From the NCBI GenBank assembly GCA_039821425.1, contig JBCBOD010000006.1, positions 302 to 64,301 on the forward strand: 64,000 nt of DNA. The letters are read 5' to 3'. A program made the translations under genes and the position numbers. This DNA comes from Pseudomonadota bacterium (lineage in GTDB: Bacteria; Pseudomonadota; Alphaproteobacteria; Rhodobacterales; Rhodobacteraceae). Positions 38,705 to 47,866 of this stretch are shown here, piece by piece; the first letter of the stretch is position 1; each line of letters begins with the position of its first letter. Below the pieces are notes generated by a model. That model had not been told where the DNA came from. It saw nothing but the letters and a program-made list of their open reading frames with translations, and ran no database searches.

Positions 38705-39154
38705 TCAGATCCAACGCCGCGTCTTTTCACAATATCCGGCAAATTCCACCGGAAACTTGGCCTGCAGGCGCGCTTCCTCATCCATGATGAAGCGCCGGGT
38801 AATGATTGTCACGAAGACGGGCACCAGTAGCAGCGCAACTGGCGCGTCCCACCGCAAGGCAAGCCCGGCAAGGATCAGCGTATCGCCAAGATAAATGGGG
38901 TTGCGGCTGCGCGCGAAGATGCCGGTGGTGACCAGCTTTGCGGCCTCCATATGCGGCACGATGGTGGTACGTTGGCGCTGCATCTCAAAGGCTGCAAGCA
39001 GGATCAGCAGCAGTCCCGCACCCACCAAAAGCCCCCCGATGAAATCCGTCAGCGGGCCGCCCAGGGCCATGGCTGCTGGCTGCAATGCGGCGATCCACCA
39101 CGTGCAGAACGCCGCCAGCGCGAGCCAAACAGGGGGGATATCAAGCCACTTCAT
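38705..39154 (-). CDS. isoprenylcysteine carboxyl methyltransferase (ICMT/PEMT)-family membrane protein
   Basis: ORF 38705..39190 with an internal ATG (MKWLDIPPVWL). GIFARSRNPIYLGD motif. Confidence 0.72.
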   Translation of the reverse strand: MKWLDIPPVWLALAAFCTWWIAALQPAAMALGGPLTDFIGGLLVGAGLLLILLAAFEMQRQRTTIVPHMEAAKLVTTGIFARSRNPIYLGDTLILAGLALRWDAPVALLLVPVFVTIITRRFIMDEEARLQAKFPVEFAGYCEKTRRWI

Positions 39155-39234
39155 GGGCCAAGTCTGCCGCCCCGCTTTGCCCTTGTCCATGCCTACCCGT
39201 CGGTTAGTTTGACCACACGAAGGCGGGAGGGGTC

Positions 39235-39993
39235 ATGGAACACACTGGCAAACACGCGCTGGTCACCGGTGGCGGGACAGGGATCGGCAAGTCCATTGCG
39301 CTGGCCTTGGCCGAAGCCGGGGCTGCCGTCACGATCACTGGACGCCGCGGCGAAGTGCTGGAGACCGCCGCGCAGGCGCATGGCAACCTGCACCCTCTCG
39401 TAATGGATGTGGCGGATGAATCATCCGTGACCGAAGGCATCACGGCCGCCGTGGCCGAGCATGGCCCCATCCAGATTTGCGTGGCCAACGCAGGCATTGC
39501 CGAAGGCGGCGCCTTTGCGGACACGACCCTGGCCCAGTGGCGCAAGACCATGGCAATCAACCTTGATGGCGTGTTTCTGACGGTGCAAGGCGCGCTCGCC
39601 AGTTTACCGCCAGAGATGCCGGGCCGGATCATCGTGGTCAGTTCCATCGCCGGGGTGCGCGGGCTGAAGGGTGCCATCCCCTATACCGTCAGCAAGCATG
39701 GCATCATCGGGCTGATCCGGGGGCTGTCGGAGGAATACATAGGCCGCCCTGTAACCTTCAACGCGCTTTGCCCCGGTTACGTTTATACAGCCATCGTGCA
39801 AAACCAGGTGCCGGGCCTGATGCGGCGCAAGGCGGTGGATGAGGCTGGTGCGCTGGCCGCGATCGCCAAGGGCAATCGGCATCACCAGCTTCTGGAAGTG
39901 GATGAAACAACGGCGGCGGCGATGTGGCTCTGCTCTGACGGGGCGCGCAGTGTGAACGGACAAACGGTTGAGATTGCAGGCGGACAGGTATGA
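39235..39993 (+). CDS. SDR-family oxidoreductase
   Basis: ALVTGGGTGIGKSIA cofactor motif, YTVSKHG catalytic YxxxK. ATGA overlap with kynU. Confidence 0.85.
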   Translation: MEHTGKHALVTGGGTGIGKSIALALAEAGAAVTITGRRGEVLETAAQAHGNLHPLVMDVADESSVTEGITAAVAEHGPIQICVANAGIAEGGAFADTTLAQWRKTMAINLDGVFLTVQGALASLPPEMPGRIIVVSSIAGVRGLKGAIPYTVSKHGIIGLIRGLSEEYIGRPVTFNALCPGYVYTAIVQNQVPGLMRRKAVDEAGALAAIAKGNRHHQLLEVDETTAAAMWLCSDGARSVNGQTVEIAGGQV

Positions 39994-41186
39994 CTACGAA
40001 TTTTGCAGCCACCAAGGCAATGTTTCATTTGCCAGAGGGGATGATCTACCTCGACGGCAACTCGCTCGGTCCCCTGCCGAAGGCGACACCGGACCGGGTG
40101 GCGCAGGCCGTCTCTGCCGAATGGGGTGAGATGCTGATCACGGGCTGGAATAAGGCAGGCTGGATGGCGCAACCAACCGAGATGGGGGACCGGATCGGGC
40201 GGCTGATCGGGGCGGAACCGGGGCATGTGACACTCGGAGATACGCTATCCATCAAGGTCTATCAGGCGCTGGCCGCGGCCCTCGACCGTGTGCCGAACCG
40301 TAAGGTGATCCTGACGGACAGCGGGAATTTCCCGTCTGACATCTACATGGCCGAAGGCTTGATCGCCTCGCTGGGCCGTGGGCATGAACTGCGGGTCGTG
40401 GACCCCGAGGAGGTCGCTGCCCAAATAGATGACAGCGTCGCAGTCCTGATGCTCACGCAAGTGGACTACCGGACCGGGCGCCTGCACGATATGGCGGCCC
40501 TCACAGCAAAGGCGCATGCGGCGGGTGTCATCACGGTCTGGGACCTTGCGCATACAGCAGGTGCTTTGGCGGTGGACCTTGCTGGCTGTAACGCTGATTT
40601 CGCGGTCGGTTGCACATACAAATACCTCAACGCAGGCCCCGGTGCGCCTGCCTTCATCTACGTCGCCCCGCGCCAAATCGCGAGCTGCCAGCCCGCCCTC
40701 TCCGGCTGGCTGGGGCACGAAGCCCCATTCGCCTTCGACCTCGACTATCGCCCCGGCACGGGGATTGAGCGGATGCGGGTCGGCACGCCGCCGGTCCTAC
40801 AACTCGCCGCCCTCGATGCCGCGCTCGATATCTGGGATCAGGTGAATATGGCGGATGTGCGGGCGGCCTCTACCGCGCTGACAGAGCAATTCATCGCTGG
40901 CGTCATGGCGCGCTGCCCGATGCTGGACCTCGTCAGCCCCAGCGACCCGGCGCAGCGCGGCAGCCAGGTCTCTTTCGCCTTTGCCGATGGCTATGCGGCG
41001 ATGCAGGCCTGCATCGCGCGCGGCGTCGTGGGGGATTTCCGCGCGCCCAACATCATGCGTTTCGGGATTTGTCCGCTGTTCATTGATGCTGGTGATATTG
41101 ATCGCGCAGTGGACGTCGTGGCGGATGTGATGACGAACCGGCTCTGGGACACGCCAGCCTACAAAAAGGTGGCGCGGGTGACCTGA
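39990..41186 (+). CDS. kynU: kynureninase
   Basis: IYLDGNSLGP, DFAVGCTYKYLNAGPGAPAF (PLP-Lys region). 398 aa. Confidence 0.85.
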   Translation: MTTNFAATKAMFHLPEGMIYLDGNSLGPLPKATPDRVAQAVSAEWGEMLITGWNKAGWMAQPTEMGDRIGRLIGAEPGHVTLGDTLSIKVYQALAAALDRVPNRKVILTDSGNFPSDIYMAEGLIASLGRGHELRVVDPEEVAAQIDDSVAVLMLTQVDYRTGRLHDMAALTAKAHAAGVITVWDLAHTAGALAVDLAGCNADFAVGCTYKYLNAGPGAPAFIYVAPRQIASCQPALSGWLGHEAPFAFDLDYRPGTGIERMRVGTPPVLQLAALDAALDIWDQVNMADVRAASTALTEQFIAGVMARCPMLDLVSPSDPAQRGSQVSFAFADGYAAMQACIARGVVGDFRAPNIMRFGICPLFIDAGDIDRAVDVVADVMTNRLWDTPAYKKVARVT

Positions 41187-42050
41187 TCAGCCTTCGTGCA
41201 GATAGGCGGTATCCTCGACCGCCTCGCCGCCTTTGCCGTGGATCAATACGTTCAGCGCCGCGCCGAGCAGGATCAGGTAGGCGCTGACATAAAGCCATAG
41301 CAAGAGGCCGATCACCGCCCCGATGGAACCATAGACCTCGTTGTAGCTCGCAAAATTCGTCAGGTAGTAGGACAGCCCGACAGAGGCGGCCACCCAGAGG
41401 ATCACAACCACTACCGCCCCCACCGTGATCCACCGCCCGCGGCTGCCGATCCGCGCAGGGCCAAAGCGGTAGAGCAGGCTGAGTCCCGCAATCAGCACGC
41501 CAAGTGCGATGAGCCAGCGCAGGCCCTCCAGCAGCCATGCCGTTGAATTGGCCACCGGGATGAACGCCAGTATGACCGGCACGATCACAACAACAAACAT
41601 CGCCACGATGGCGAGGGTTACCAAAGCAAGCGTCAAGAGGAAGGCCACCACCATCTGCCAGAGCCCGTTGCGCATCCGCTGCCCCGCAATGGCATTCAGC
41701 CCCCCGATCAGGGCCGCCACGCCAGCCCGGCAAGACCAGAGCGCAAGCGTGATTGAGACGAATGTGGCCCAGCCCAGGGCCTCGGACGGGGCCGCAGCAA
41801 GGCGGAAGACCTGAGAGGCGATGAGGTTGTAGGCGTCCGGCGGAATGATGTCTTCCATCAGAGTCAGCTGCTGGGCGATGACCACAGGGTCAGAGACTAA
41901 ACCGAAAATCGCAATAACAGCGGCGATGCCCGGAAAGATCCCGAACATGCCAAAAAAGGCAACGCCTGCCGCGATCAGCCCGATGTGTTTTTTGCTTGCA
42001 AGCTCCCACACCGCCCGCAGAAGTCGCCATAGCGCTAGGATGCGGGTCAT
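41187..42050 (-). CDS. YihY/BrkB-family membrane protein
   Basis: HIGLIAAGVAFFGMFGIFPGI N-terminal motif, six predicted helices. Confidence 0.8.
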   Translation of the reverse strand: MTRILALWRLLRAVWELASKKHIGLIAAGVAFFGMFGIFPGIAAVIAIFGLVSDPVVIAQQLTLMEDIIPPDAYNLIASQVFRLAAAPSEALGWATFVSITLALWSCRAGVAALIGGLNAIAGQRMRNGLWQMVVAFLLTLALVTLAIVAMFVVVIVPVILAFIPVANSTAWLLEGLRWLIALGVLIAGLSLLYRFGPARIGSRGRWITVGAVVVVILWVAASVGLSYYLTNFASYNEVYGSIGAVIGLLLWLYVSAYLILLGAALNVLIHGKGGEAVEDTAYLHEG

Positions 42051-42253
42051 GCGCGCTGACCCTTCTGGCGGCGCATCTGGAACACACTGCCGGTTCCGTC
42101 AATTTGGGCGATCTGCCTCATCCTTCAACAGATAGGCGGATTTCGCGCAACGCAAAAGCTGGTGCCGACAAAAAGCGTTCGCCTGATGCCGCAGAACGGG
42201 CTATTGTCCTGAAAAAAGGGGCGAAAGTCCCCAATCCGAGGCAGGATAGTGCA

Positions 42254-42889
42254 GTGAATACGCTGACCGAACATGTCACCACGCTGGCAGAGCATGTGCT
42301 TGCGCGCGATGCCGACCGACTGCTTGTGGCTGTGACCGGCGCGCCGGGCAGCGGAAAGTCCACGCTTGCGGCAGAGCTTGCCAAACATCTGACAAAACGC
42401 GGCCGCAAGTCGGCACTTGTGCCGATGGACGGGTTTCATCTCGACAACAGCATCCTTGCGGCCCGGGGCCTGACGGCACGCAAGGGCGCGCCAGAGACAT
42501 TCGATATGCACGGTTTTCAACGCCTTGTCGCGGCCTTGCGGGACGGAGGAGAGGTGATCGCGCCCATCTTCGACCGGACCCGCGATATTGCCATCGCCGG
42601 CGCAATTGTCATTCCACCCTCTGCCCGGGTTGTCGTGCTCGAGGGCAACTACCTGATGTTTGACGAACCGCCATGGGACACGTTGGCGGATCAATGGGAC
42701 ATGAGTGTGCGCCTTGATGTGCCGATGCCCGAACTGCGGGCGCGTCTGATCCACCGATGGCTCGCGCTGAACTACTCCCGTGCGGTGGCCACCCGACGGG
42801 CTGAAAGCAATGATGTCCCAAACGCACAGCGGATCATCGACAAGGCGATCCCCTGCGATTTCACGCTGAATAGCGACCCGCGGTCCTAG
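42254..42889 (+). CDS. P-loop nucleoside/sugar kinase-family protein (FrcK/uridine-kinase-like)
   Basis: ORF 41996..42889. I prefer the GTG at 42254, after GAGGCAGGA. Walker A GAPGSGKST and PMDGFHLDN motifs. Confidence 0.65.
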   Translation: MNTLTEHVTTLAEHVLARDADRLLVAVTGAPGSGKSTLAAELAKHLTKRGRKSALVPMDGFHLDNSILAARGLTARKGAPETFDMHGFQRLVAALRDGGEVIAPIFDRTRDIAIAGAIVIPPSARVVVLEGNYLMFDEPPWDTLADQWDMSVRLDVPMPELRARLIHRWLALNYSRAVATRRAESNDVPNAQRIIDKAIPCDFTLNSDPRS

Positions 42890-44196
42890 ACAAAGACCAG
42901 CGTGATAGCGGGTACCGTCAAAAGCAGGAATACCCGCACCACGTCTGCGCCGACAAAGAACATCACCGCGCGGTAGGTTGCCGTCATCGGCGTCTCCCGG
43001 TCCATGCTGTTGATGATGAATAGGTTCATGCCCACGGGCGGGGTGATCAATCCGACCTCTACCACGATCAGCACGAGGATACCGAACCAGATCGCGACCT
43101 CTTCGGTCGTCATTCCGAAATCGAGGGCAGAGATCACCGGCCAGAAGATCGGCACCGTCAGCAGGATCATCGAGAGGCTGTCCATCAGGCAGCCGAGCAC
43201 GAGGTAGAGCAGCAGTATCAGTGCCATGATAAACCAGGGGCTGAACCCTTGTTCCGTGACCCAGGCGGAGAGTTCCTGCGGCACCTGCGTCAGCGCGAGG
43301 AACCCGTTGTAGAAGGCCGCACCGAGGACGATGAAGAAGATCATGCCAGTGGCCGTTGCTGTCTCAAACAGGCTGTCCTTGAAAACACCCCAGTTCAGCG
43401 ATCCGCCAAAAAGCGCGATCAGCCCTGTCCCAGCCGCCCCAATTGCCGCGCCCTCGGTCGGGGTGAACCAGCCGTTGTAGATACCACCCACCACCAGTGC
43501 GAAGACAAGGATCACTGGCCAGACCGCGCCCAGCGCCTTGGCGCGTTCGGCATAGGGTAGACGTTCTTTCACACCAGCCTGGTCGGGGTAGAGCCTCACG
43601 TAGATCGCGATGGTGATCATGTAGCCGAGGGCTGCGATCAGTCCGGGGATGAAGGCGGCGGCGAAGAGTTTGGCGATGTTCTGTTCCGTCAGGATCGCAT
43701 AGATCACGAGGATCACGGACGGCGGGATGAGAATGCCAAGCGTACCACCCGCCGCCAGCGTTGCGGTCGCGAAGCCCCCCGAGTAGCCGTATTTGCGCAG
43801 CTCCGGCAGTGCCACCTTGCTCATCGTTGCGGCCGTTGCCAGCGAAGACCCGCAGATCGCCCCGAACCCTGCACAGGCCCCTACAGCGGCCATCGCCACC
43901 CCGCCCTTTCGGTGACCCAGCCACGCCTCAGCCGCGCGGAAGAGCGCGCGCGACATGCCCGAATAGGTCGCGAATTGCCCCATTAGCAGGAACATCGGGA
44001 TGATCGACAGGCTATAGTTGGAGAACGTCGAATAGACCTCTGATTTTAGCCGGGCCATGAAGATGTTCGTGCTCCCGGTGGCAAGCCAGAGCCCCACGAT
44101 CCCGCAGATCAGCATGGCGAGCCCGATGGGCGCCCGCAGAAAGATCAAGAGCAGAAGAACAGGAAACGACAGATAGCCAAGCGCAAGATCACTCAT
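42886..44196 (-). CDS. TRAP transporter large permease
   Basis: 436-aa, 12-pass DctM-type sequence. Overlaps the small-permease gene end. Confidence 0.88.
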   Translation of the reverse strand: MSDLALGYLSFPVLLLLIFLRAPIGLAMLICGIVGLWLATGSTNIFMARLKSEVYSTFSNYSLSIIPMFLLMGQFATYSGMSRALFRAAEAWLGHRKGGVAMAAVGACAGFGAICGSSLATAATMSKVALPELRKYGYSGGFATATLAAGGTLGILIPPSVILVIYAILTEQNIAKLFAAAFIPGLIAALGYMITIAIYVRLYPDQAGVKERLPYAERAKALGAVWPVILVFALVVGGIYNGWFTPTEGAAIGAAGTGLIALFGGSLNWGVFKDSLFETATATGMIFFIVLGAAFYNGFLALTQVPQELSAWVTEQGFSPWFIMALILLLYLVLGCLMDSLSMILLTVPIFWPVISALDFGMTTEEVAIWFGILVLIVVEVGLITPPVGMNLFIINSMDRETPMTATYRAVMFFVGADVVRVFLLLTVPAITLVFV

Positions 44197-44731
44197 CGAC
44201 AGGTCGCCCCGCCAAATGCATCACGGCACAGTAGACCGCCGTGATGCTGGCCACGACAGCGGCGGCAAAGCTCGCCGCATAGGCCCCCCAGAGCGGGAAC
44301 TGGATAAGGAAAGTAGTTTCACCATAGCGCAGCTTGTCCTGCAACCCGGCGTAGAGCCGCCATGTGATCAACAGGATGATCGCCGCCATGACGACGCTCC
44401 AGAACCCGGCGAGCCAGCGGTTCGTACGTGGCCCCATCCCGGTAGTGAAAACATCGACACGGGCATGTGCGCCTGACAGCTGCGTCAGCGGCAGAAAGGC
44501 GAAAATCGCAAAGGCAACGCCCGCCTCCACCAGCTCAAAATCACCAAGGATCGGGCCGACGCCAGCAGTGCTCAGCCAGTCGCCCAATCCCCCCAGAGCG
44601 CCGGAAAACGCCAGATCGGCCAGACCGCGCCCCGCGACGCTGACGCAAATCATCAGGATCAGAGCCAGCAGGACCAAGCCACCAAGGCCAGCCATCACCC
44701 GCGCGGCAAATGTCACCCAGCGATGCAGCAT
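44189..44731 (-). CDS. TRAP transporter small permease
   Basis: 180-aa, 4-helix DctQ-type protein between the DctP- and DctM-type genes. Confidence 0.82.
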   Translation of the reverse strand: MLHRWVTFAARVMAGLGGLVLLALILMICVSVAGRGLADLAFSGALGGLGDWLSTAGVGPILGDFELVEAGVAFAIFAFLPLTQLSGAHARVDVFTTGMGPRTNRWLAGFWSVVMAAIILLITWRLYAGLQDKLRYGETTFLIQFPLWGAYAASFAAAVVASITAVYCAVMHLAGRPVDE

Positions 44732-44744
44732 CGCGCCCGCCGGA

Positions 44745-45776
44745 TCAGTTCCCGGCGGCGTGCTTGGCGATCAGCGTCACCGCATCGGCATACAGGCCCG
44801 TCCCATCAATGCCGGCGGCATCAGCCTCGGCAATCCAGGCGTCAATCGTTGGCGCGCTCGCCTCTCGCCACGCAACAACCTGCTCGGCGTTCAGCGTAAT
44901 GATCGTGTTCCCGCGTTCTTCCGCGAGGCTCCGGCCTGGGGCGTCATATTCTTGCTGCACACGGCCCGCGAAAGCCGAAAACTCCAGCCCCGAATTCGCG
45001 TCGATGACAGCCTGCAAGTCCGCAGGCAGCGCATCATAGGCGTCCTGGTTCATCGCCATGATGAAGGCGAGTGTGTAAAGGTGATTGCCCGGAAACTCAG
45101 TATGGTAACTTACCAATTCCTCGACCTTCAGCGCTGGTACAACTTCCCAAGGTATGACCGCCGCGTCGATCACGCCGCGCGACAGGGACTCTGGCACAGC
45201 TGGCACCGGCATACCGACAGATGTGGCACCCAACTGGGTAAAAAGTGTCGTGGTCGTTCGCGACGGCGCGCGCAGCTTCAGCCCGCGCAGATCAGCCACC
45301 TCGGTCACCGGGCGGTTGGAGTGGATCACGCCGGGGCCGTGCACCCAAAGGCCCAATGGTTTGAAATCGGCGAAGTCGGTGTCGAACATCCGCGCCTCGG
45401 CCAACTCCCAAAAGGCACGCGAAGTCGCCTCAGCATCCGTCGACAAAAACGGCAGTTCGAAGACTTCAAGCTGCGGGAAGCGACCCGGTGTATATCCCGC
45501 AACCGTCCAGACGATATCAGCCACGCCATCAATCGCCTGATCAATCAGTTGCGGCGGCGTGCCGCCCAACTGCATGGAGGGGAAGCGGTCGATCTTGATC
45601 CGCCCGTCGCTGTCCGCCTCAACCCGGTCAGCCCAGACATCCAGGATATGCTTGGGGACGTTGGCCTGCGCTGGCAGGAACTGGTGCAAGCGCAGCGTCA
45701 CCTCTTGCGCGGCCACGCTTGTAGCCAGCCCCAATACGGCGACAGCGCCAATCAGGGCGCGGGAAATCATCTTCAT
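44745..45776 (-). CDS. TRAP transporter substrate-binding protein
   Basis: Signal MKMISRALIGAVAVLGLATSVAAQ. DctP-type sequence of 343 aa. Confidence 0.85.
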   Translation of the reverse strand: MKMISRALIGAVAVLGLATSVAAQEVTLRLHQFLPAQANVPKHILDVWADRVEADSDGRIKIDRFPSMQLGGTPPQLIDQAIDGVADIVWTVAGYTPGRFPQLEVFELPFLSTDAEATSRAFWELAEARMFDTDFADFKPLGLWVHGPGVIHSNRPVTEVADLRGLKLRAPSRTTTTLFTQLGATSVGMPVPAVPESLSRGVIDAAVIPWEVVPALKVEELVSYHTEFPGNHLYTLAFIMAMNQDAYDALPADLQAVIDANSGLEFSAFAGRVQQEYDAPGRSLAEERGNTIITLNAEQVVAWREASAPTIDAWIAEADAAGIDGTGLYADAVTLIAKHAAGN

Positions 45777-45832
45777 CTTGGTCCTCCATCCGGCAGCCTG
45801 CGTTTCATCTGCCGATCCTGCGGTGCAGTCAA

Positions 45833-46516
45833 TCAGACAATCCGCGTCTCAACTGGCGCAAAATCGCCAATCTGGCCACGCAACACGTCACCTTTGACAA
45901 CAGGGCCAACACCAGCCGGCGTGCCGGTCATGATCAGGTCACCGGGCATCAGCGTGTAGAGGGTGGAAAGATCAGCGATGATCTCCGCGACGCTCCAGAC
46001 CATGTCACCCAGAACGGCCTTTTGCCGCCGGTCGCCATTAACGTCGAGCGTGATCGGCAGGTTTTCCAAGTCACCGACCTCCGCCACAGGCGTCAGCGGT
46101 GCCATGATCGCAGCATTGTCGAAATCCTTGCCCGTATCCCACGGGCGGCGTTTCTCCTTCGCTGCAGCCTGCAAATCACGGCGCGTCATGTCGAGCCCGC
46201 AGCCATAGCCCACAATCACCTGCATCGCATCAGCGACAGGGATGTCCTTTGCGGTCTCGCCGATGGCAACCGTCAGCTCCATCTCGTGGTGCAGGTCAGC
46301 GGTGCGGGGCGGGTACGGCATATCCTGCCCCGACGGCAGGTAAGCATGGGCGGATTTGGTAAAGTAGAACGGCGCTTCGCGGTCCACCTCATGCCCCATT
46401 TCGGCTGCGTGGGCGGCGTAGTTTCGGCCCACGCAGAAGACTCGGGCCAGTGGAAATCCGCCCGCGCCAATTGGCAGAACCGGGGTCGCACGGGGTGGGA
46501 AGAGAAGCTTTGTCAT
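45833..46516 (-). CDS. fumarylacetoacetate hydrolase-family protein
   Basis: ORF 45833..46561 with an internal ATG (MTKLLFPP). VFCVGRNYAAHA and GDLIMTGTPAGVG motifs. Confidence 0.82.
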   Translation of the reverse strand: MTKLLFPPRATPVLPIGAGGFPLARVFCVGRNYAAHAAEMGHEVDREAPFYFTKSAHAYLPSGQDMPYPPRTADLHHEMELTVAIGETAKDIPVADAMQVIVGYGCGLDMTRRDLQAAAKEKRRPWDTGKDFDNAAIMAPLTPVAEVGDLENLPITLDVNGDRRQKAVLGDMVWSVAEIIADLSTLYTLMPGDLIMTGTPAGVGPVVKGDVLRGQIGDFAPVETRIV

Positions 46517-46583
46517 CAGGTCACCAAGGGGCCGCTTATTGTGAACAGGATATGCGTGCATATCTCACATCGGCGAAGTAACC

Positions 46584-47261
46584 TTGACTAAACGCCGGGG
46601 CAAGCCCGGGAGCAGAGGAATGACGCAGCACATGACAGCGCAGTTTCCACCTGTCGACGATCTGATCGCCTGCCCGCAATGCGACACGCTGCATGCGGCG
46701 CAAGAGCTGGCTGTCGGTTCGCGCGCCTATTGCCAGCGCTGTGGCAAGGTACTGATGACATCACAGCCCGCCGCAATTGCCCGGATCATCAGCCTCGCCC
46801 TGACCGCCTTCATCATGATGATCGCCGCCATCAGCTTTCCCTTTCTGACGCTGGATGCGGGCGGTTTTCAGAACGCGACATCGGTGATTGATGCGGTGCT
46901 GGCATTCAGAGAGGGCTATGCCTTCCCCCTCGCGATCGCCGTGGCCTTTTTCATCGTCGTGATCCCGCTGATCAGGCTGGGCGCGCTGATCTATGCGCTG
47001 GGGCCATTGGTGCGGGACGAAAAGCCACGGTCCGGTGCAAGGCTGGCCTTTGGCCTTGCCGAACGGCTGCGGCCATGGAGCATGTCAGAAATCTTTATCG
47101 TCGGCGTCACGGTGGCGCTGATCAAGGTGGCCGGTCTGGCCGCCGTGACCATTGGGCCCGCCTTTTGGGCCTTTGCGGGTGTCGTGATCATCACCGTGCT
47201 GAAAGACCAACTGATCTGCAGGTATTCGATTTGGGAAACACTGGACAAAGCAGCGGCCTGA
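46584..47261 (+). CDS. pqiA: PqiA-family membrane protein, first half-gene
   Basis: CPQCDTLH...CQRCG zinc-ribbon followed by four helices. The start is uncertain (TTG 46584, or ATG 46620/46632). Confidence 0.78.
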   Translation: MTKRRGKPGSRGMTQHMTAQFPPVDDLIACPQCDTLHAAQELAVGSRAYCQRCGKVLMTSQPAAIARIISLALTAFIMMIAAISFPFLTLDAGGFQNATSVIDAVLAFREGYAFPLAIAVAFFIVVIPLIRLGALIYALGPLVRDEKPRSGARLAFGLAERLRPWSMSEIFIVGVTVALIKVAGLAAVTIGPAFWAFAGVVIITVLKDQLICRYSIWETLDKAAA

Positions 47262-47866
47262 TCACCGCGCGCGAGGCAGGCTATGTCGCCTGCCGCCGCT
47301 GCGGTCAGGTGCATCACATGCAGGACACGCAGTGCAAACGCTGCCGCGCACCGCTGCAAAGCCGCGATGACCTGAGCCTGCAAAAGGTCTGGGCCTGGCT
47401 GATCGCCGGGATGATCGCCTACATCCCGGCGAACATCTATCCGATGCTGCTGACATCAACACTGGTCGAACGATCCGAAAGCACAATCATCGGCGGTGTC
47501 ATCGAACTGATCGAATATGGCTCTTACGGTGTGGCGTTCATCGTTTTCTTTGCCTCTGTCGTGATCCCGGTGGGGAAATTCATCGCCATCGGCTACCTTG
47601 CCATCACGGTTCGCCGCCGCGAAAGCCTGCACCAGCACGAACGGTTCGTGACATACGAAGTGGTCGAATTCATTGGGCGCTGGTCGATGATCGATGTCTT
47701 TGTCGTTGCAATCCTTTCGGCGCTCGTGCAACTCCAGACCATCGCGACCATCAACCCTGGGATTGCTGCCGTCAGCTTTGCACTTTCGGTGATTTTCACC
47801 ATGCTGGCCGCTCAGGCGTTCGATTCGCGCCTGATCTGGGACGCCGACAGGACGAAAGATGAGTGA
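47231..47866 (+). CDS. pqiA: PqiA-family membrane protein, second half-gene
   Basis: CRRCGQVH...CKRCRAPL followed by helices. The frame has been open since 47075 and overlaps the first half-gene. A TTG at 47231 is my guess for the start. Confidence 0.72.
   Translation: MGNTGQSSGLITAREAGYVACRRCGQVHHMQDTQCKRCRAPLQSRDDLSLQKVWAWLIAGMIAYIPANIYPMLLTSTLVERSESTIIGGVIELIEYGSYGVAFIVFFASVVIPVGKFIAIGYLAITVRRRESLHQHERFVTYEVVEFIGRWSMIDVFVVAILSALVQLQTIATINPGIAAVSFALSVIFTMLAAQAFDSRLIWDADRTKDE

Noticed and set aside
44364-45959. 531-aa plus-strand ORF
   Set aside because: It lies antisense to the TRAP small-permease and binding-protein genes. The translation is Arg/Pro/Ala/Gly-rich low-complexity, typical of a shadow frame in GC-rich DNA, and no motif is present. 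The opposite strand has clear family signatures.
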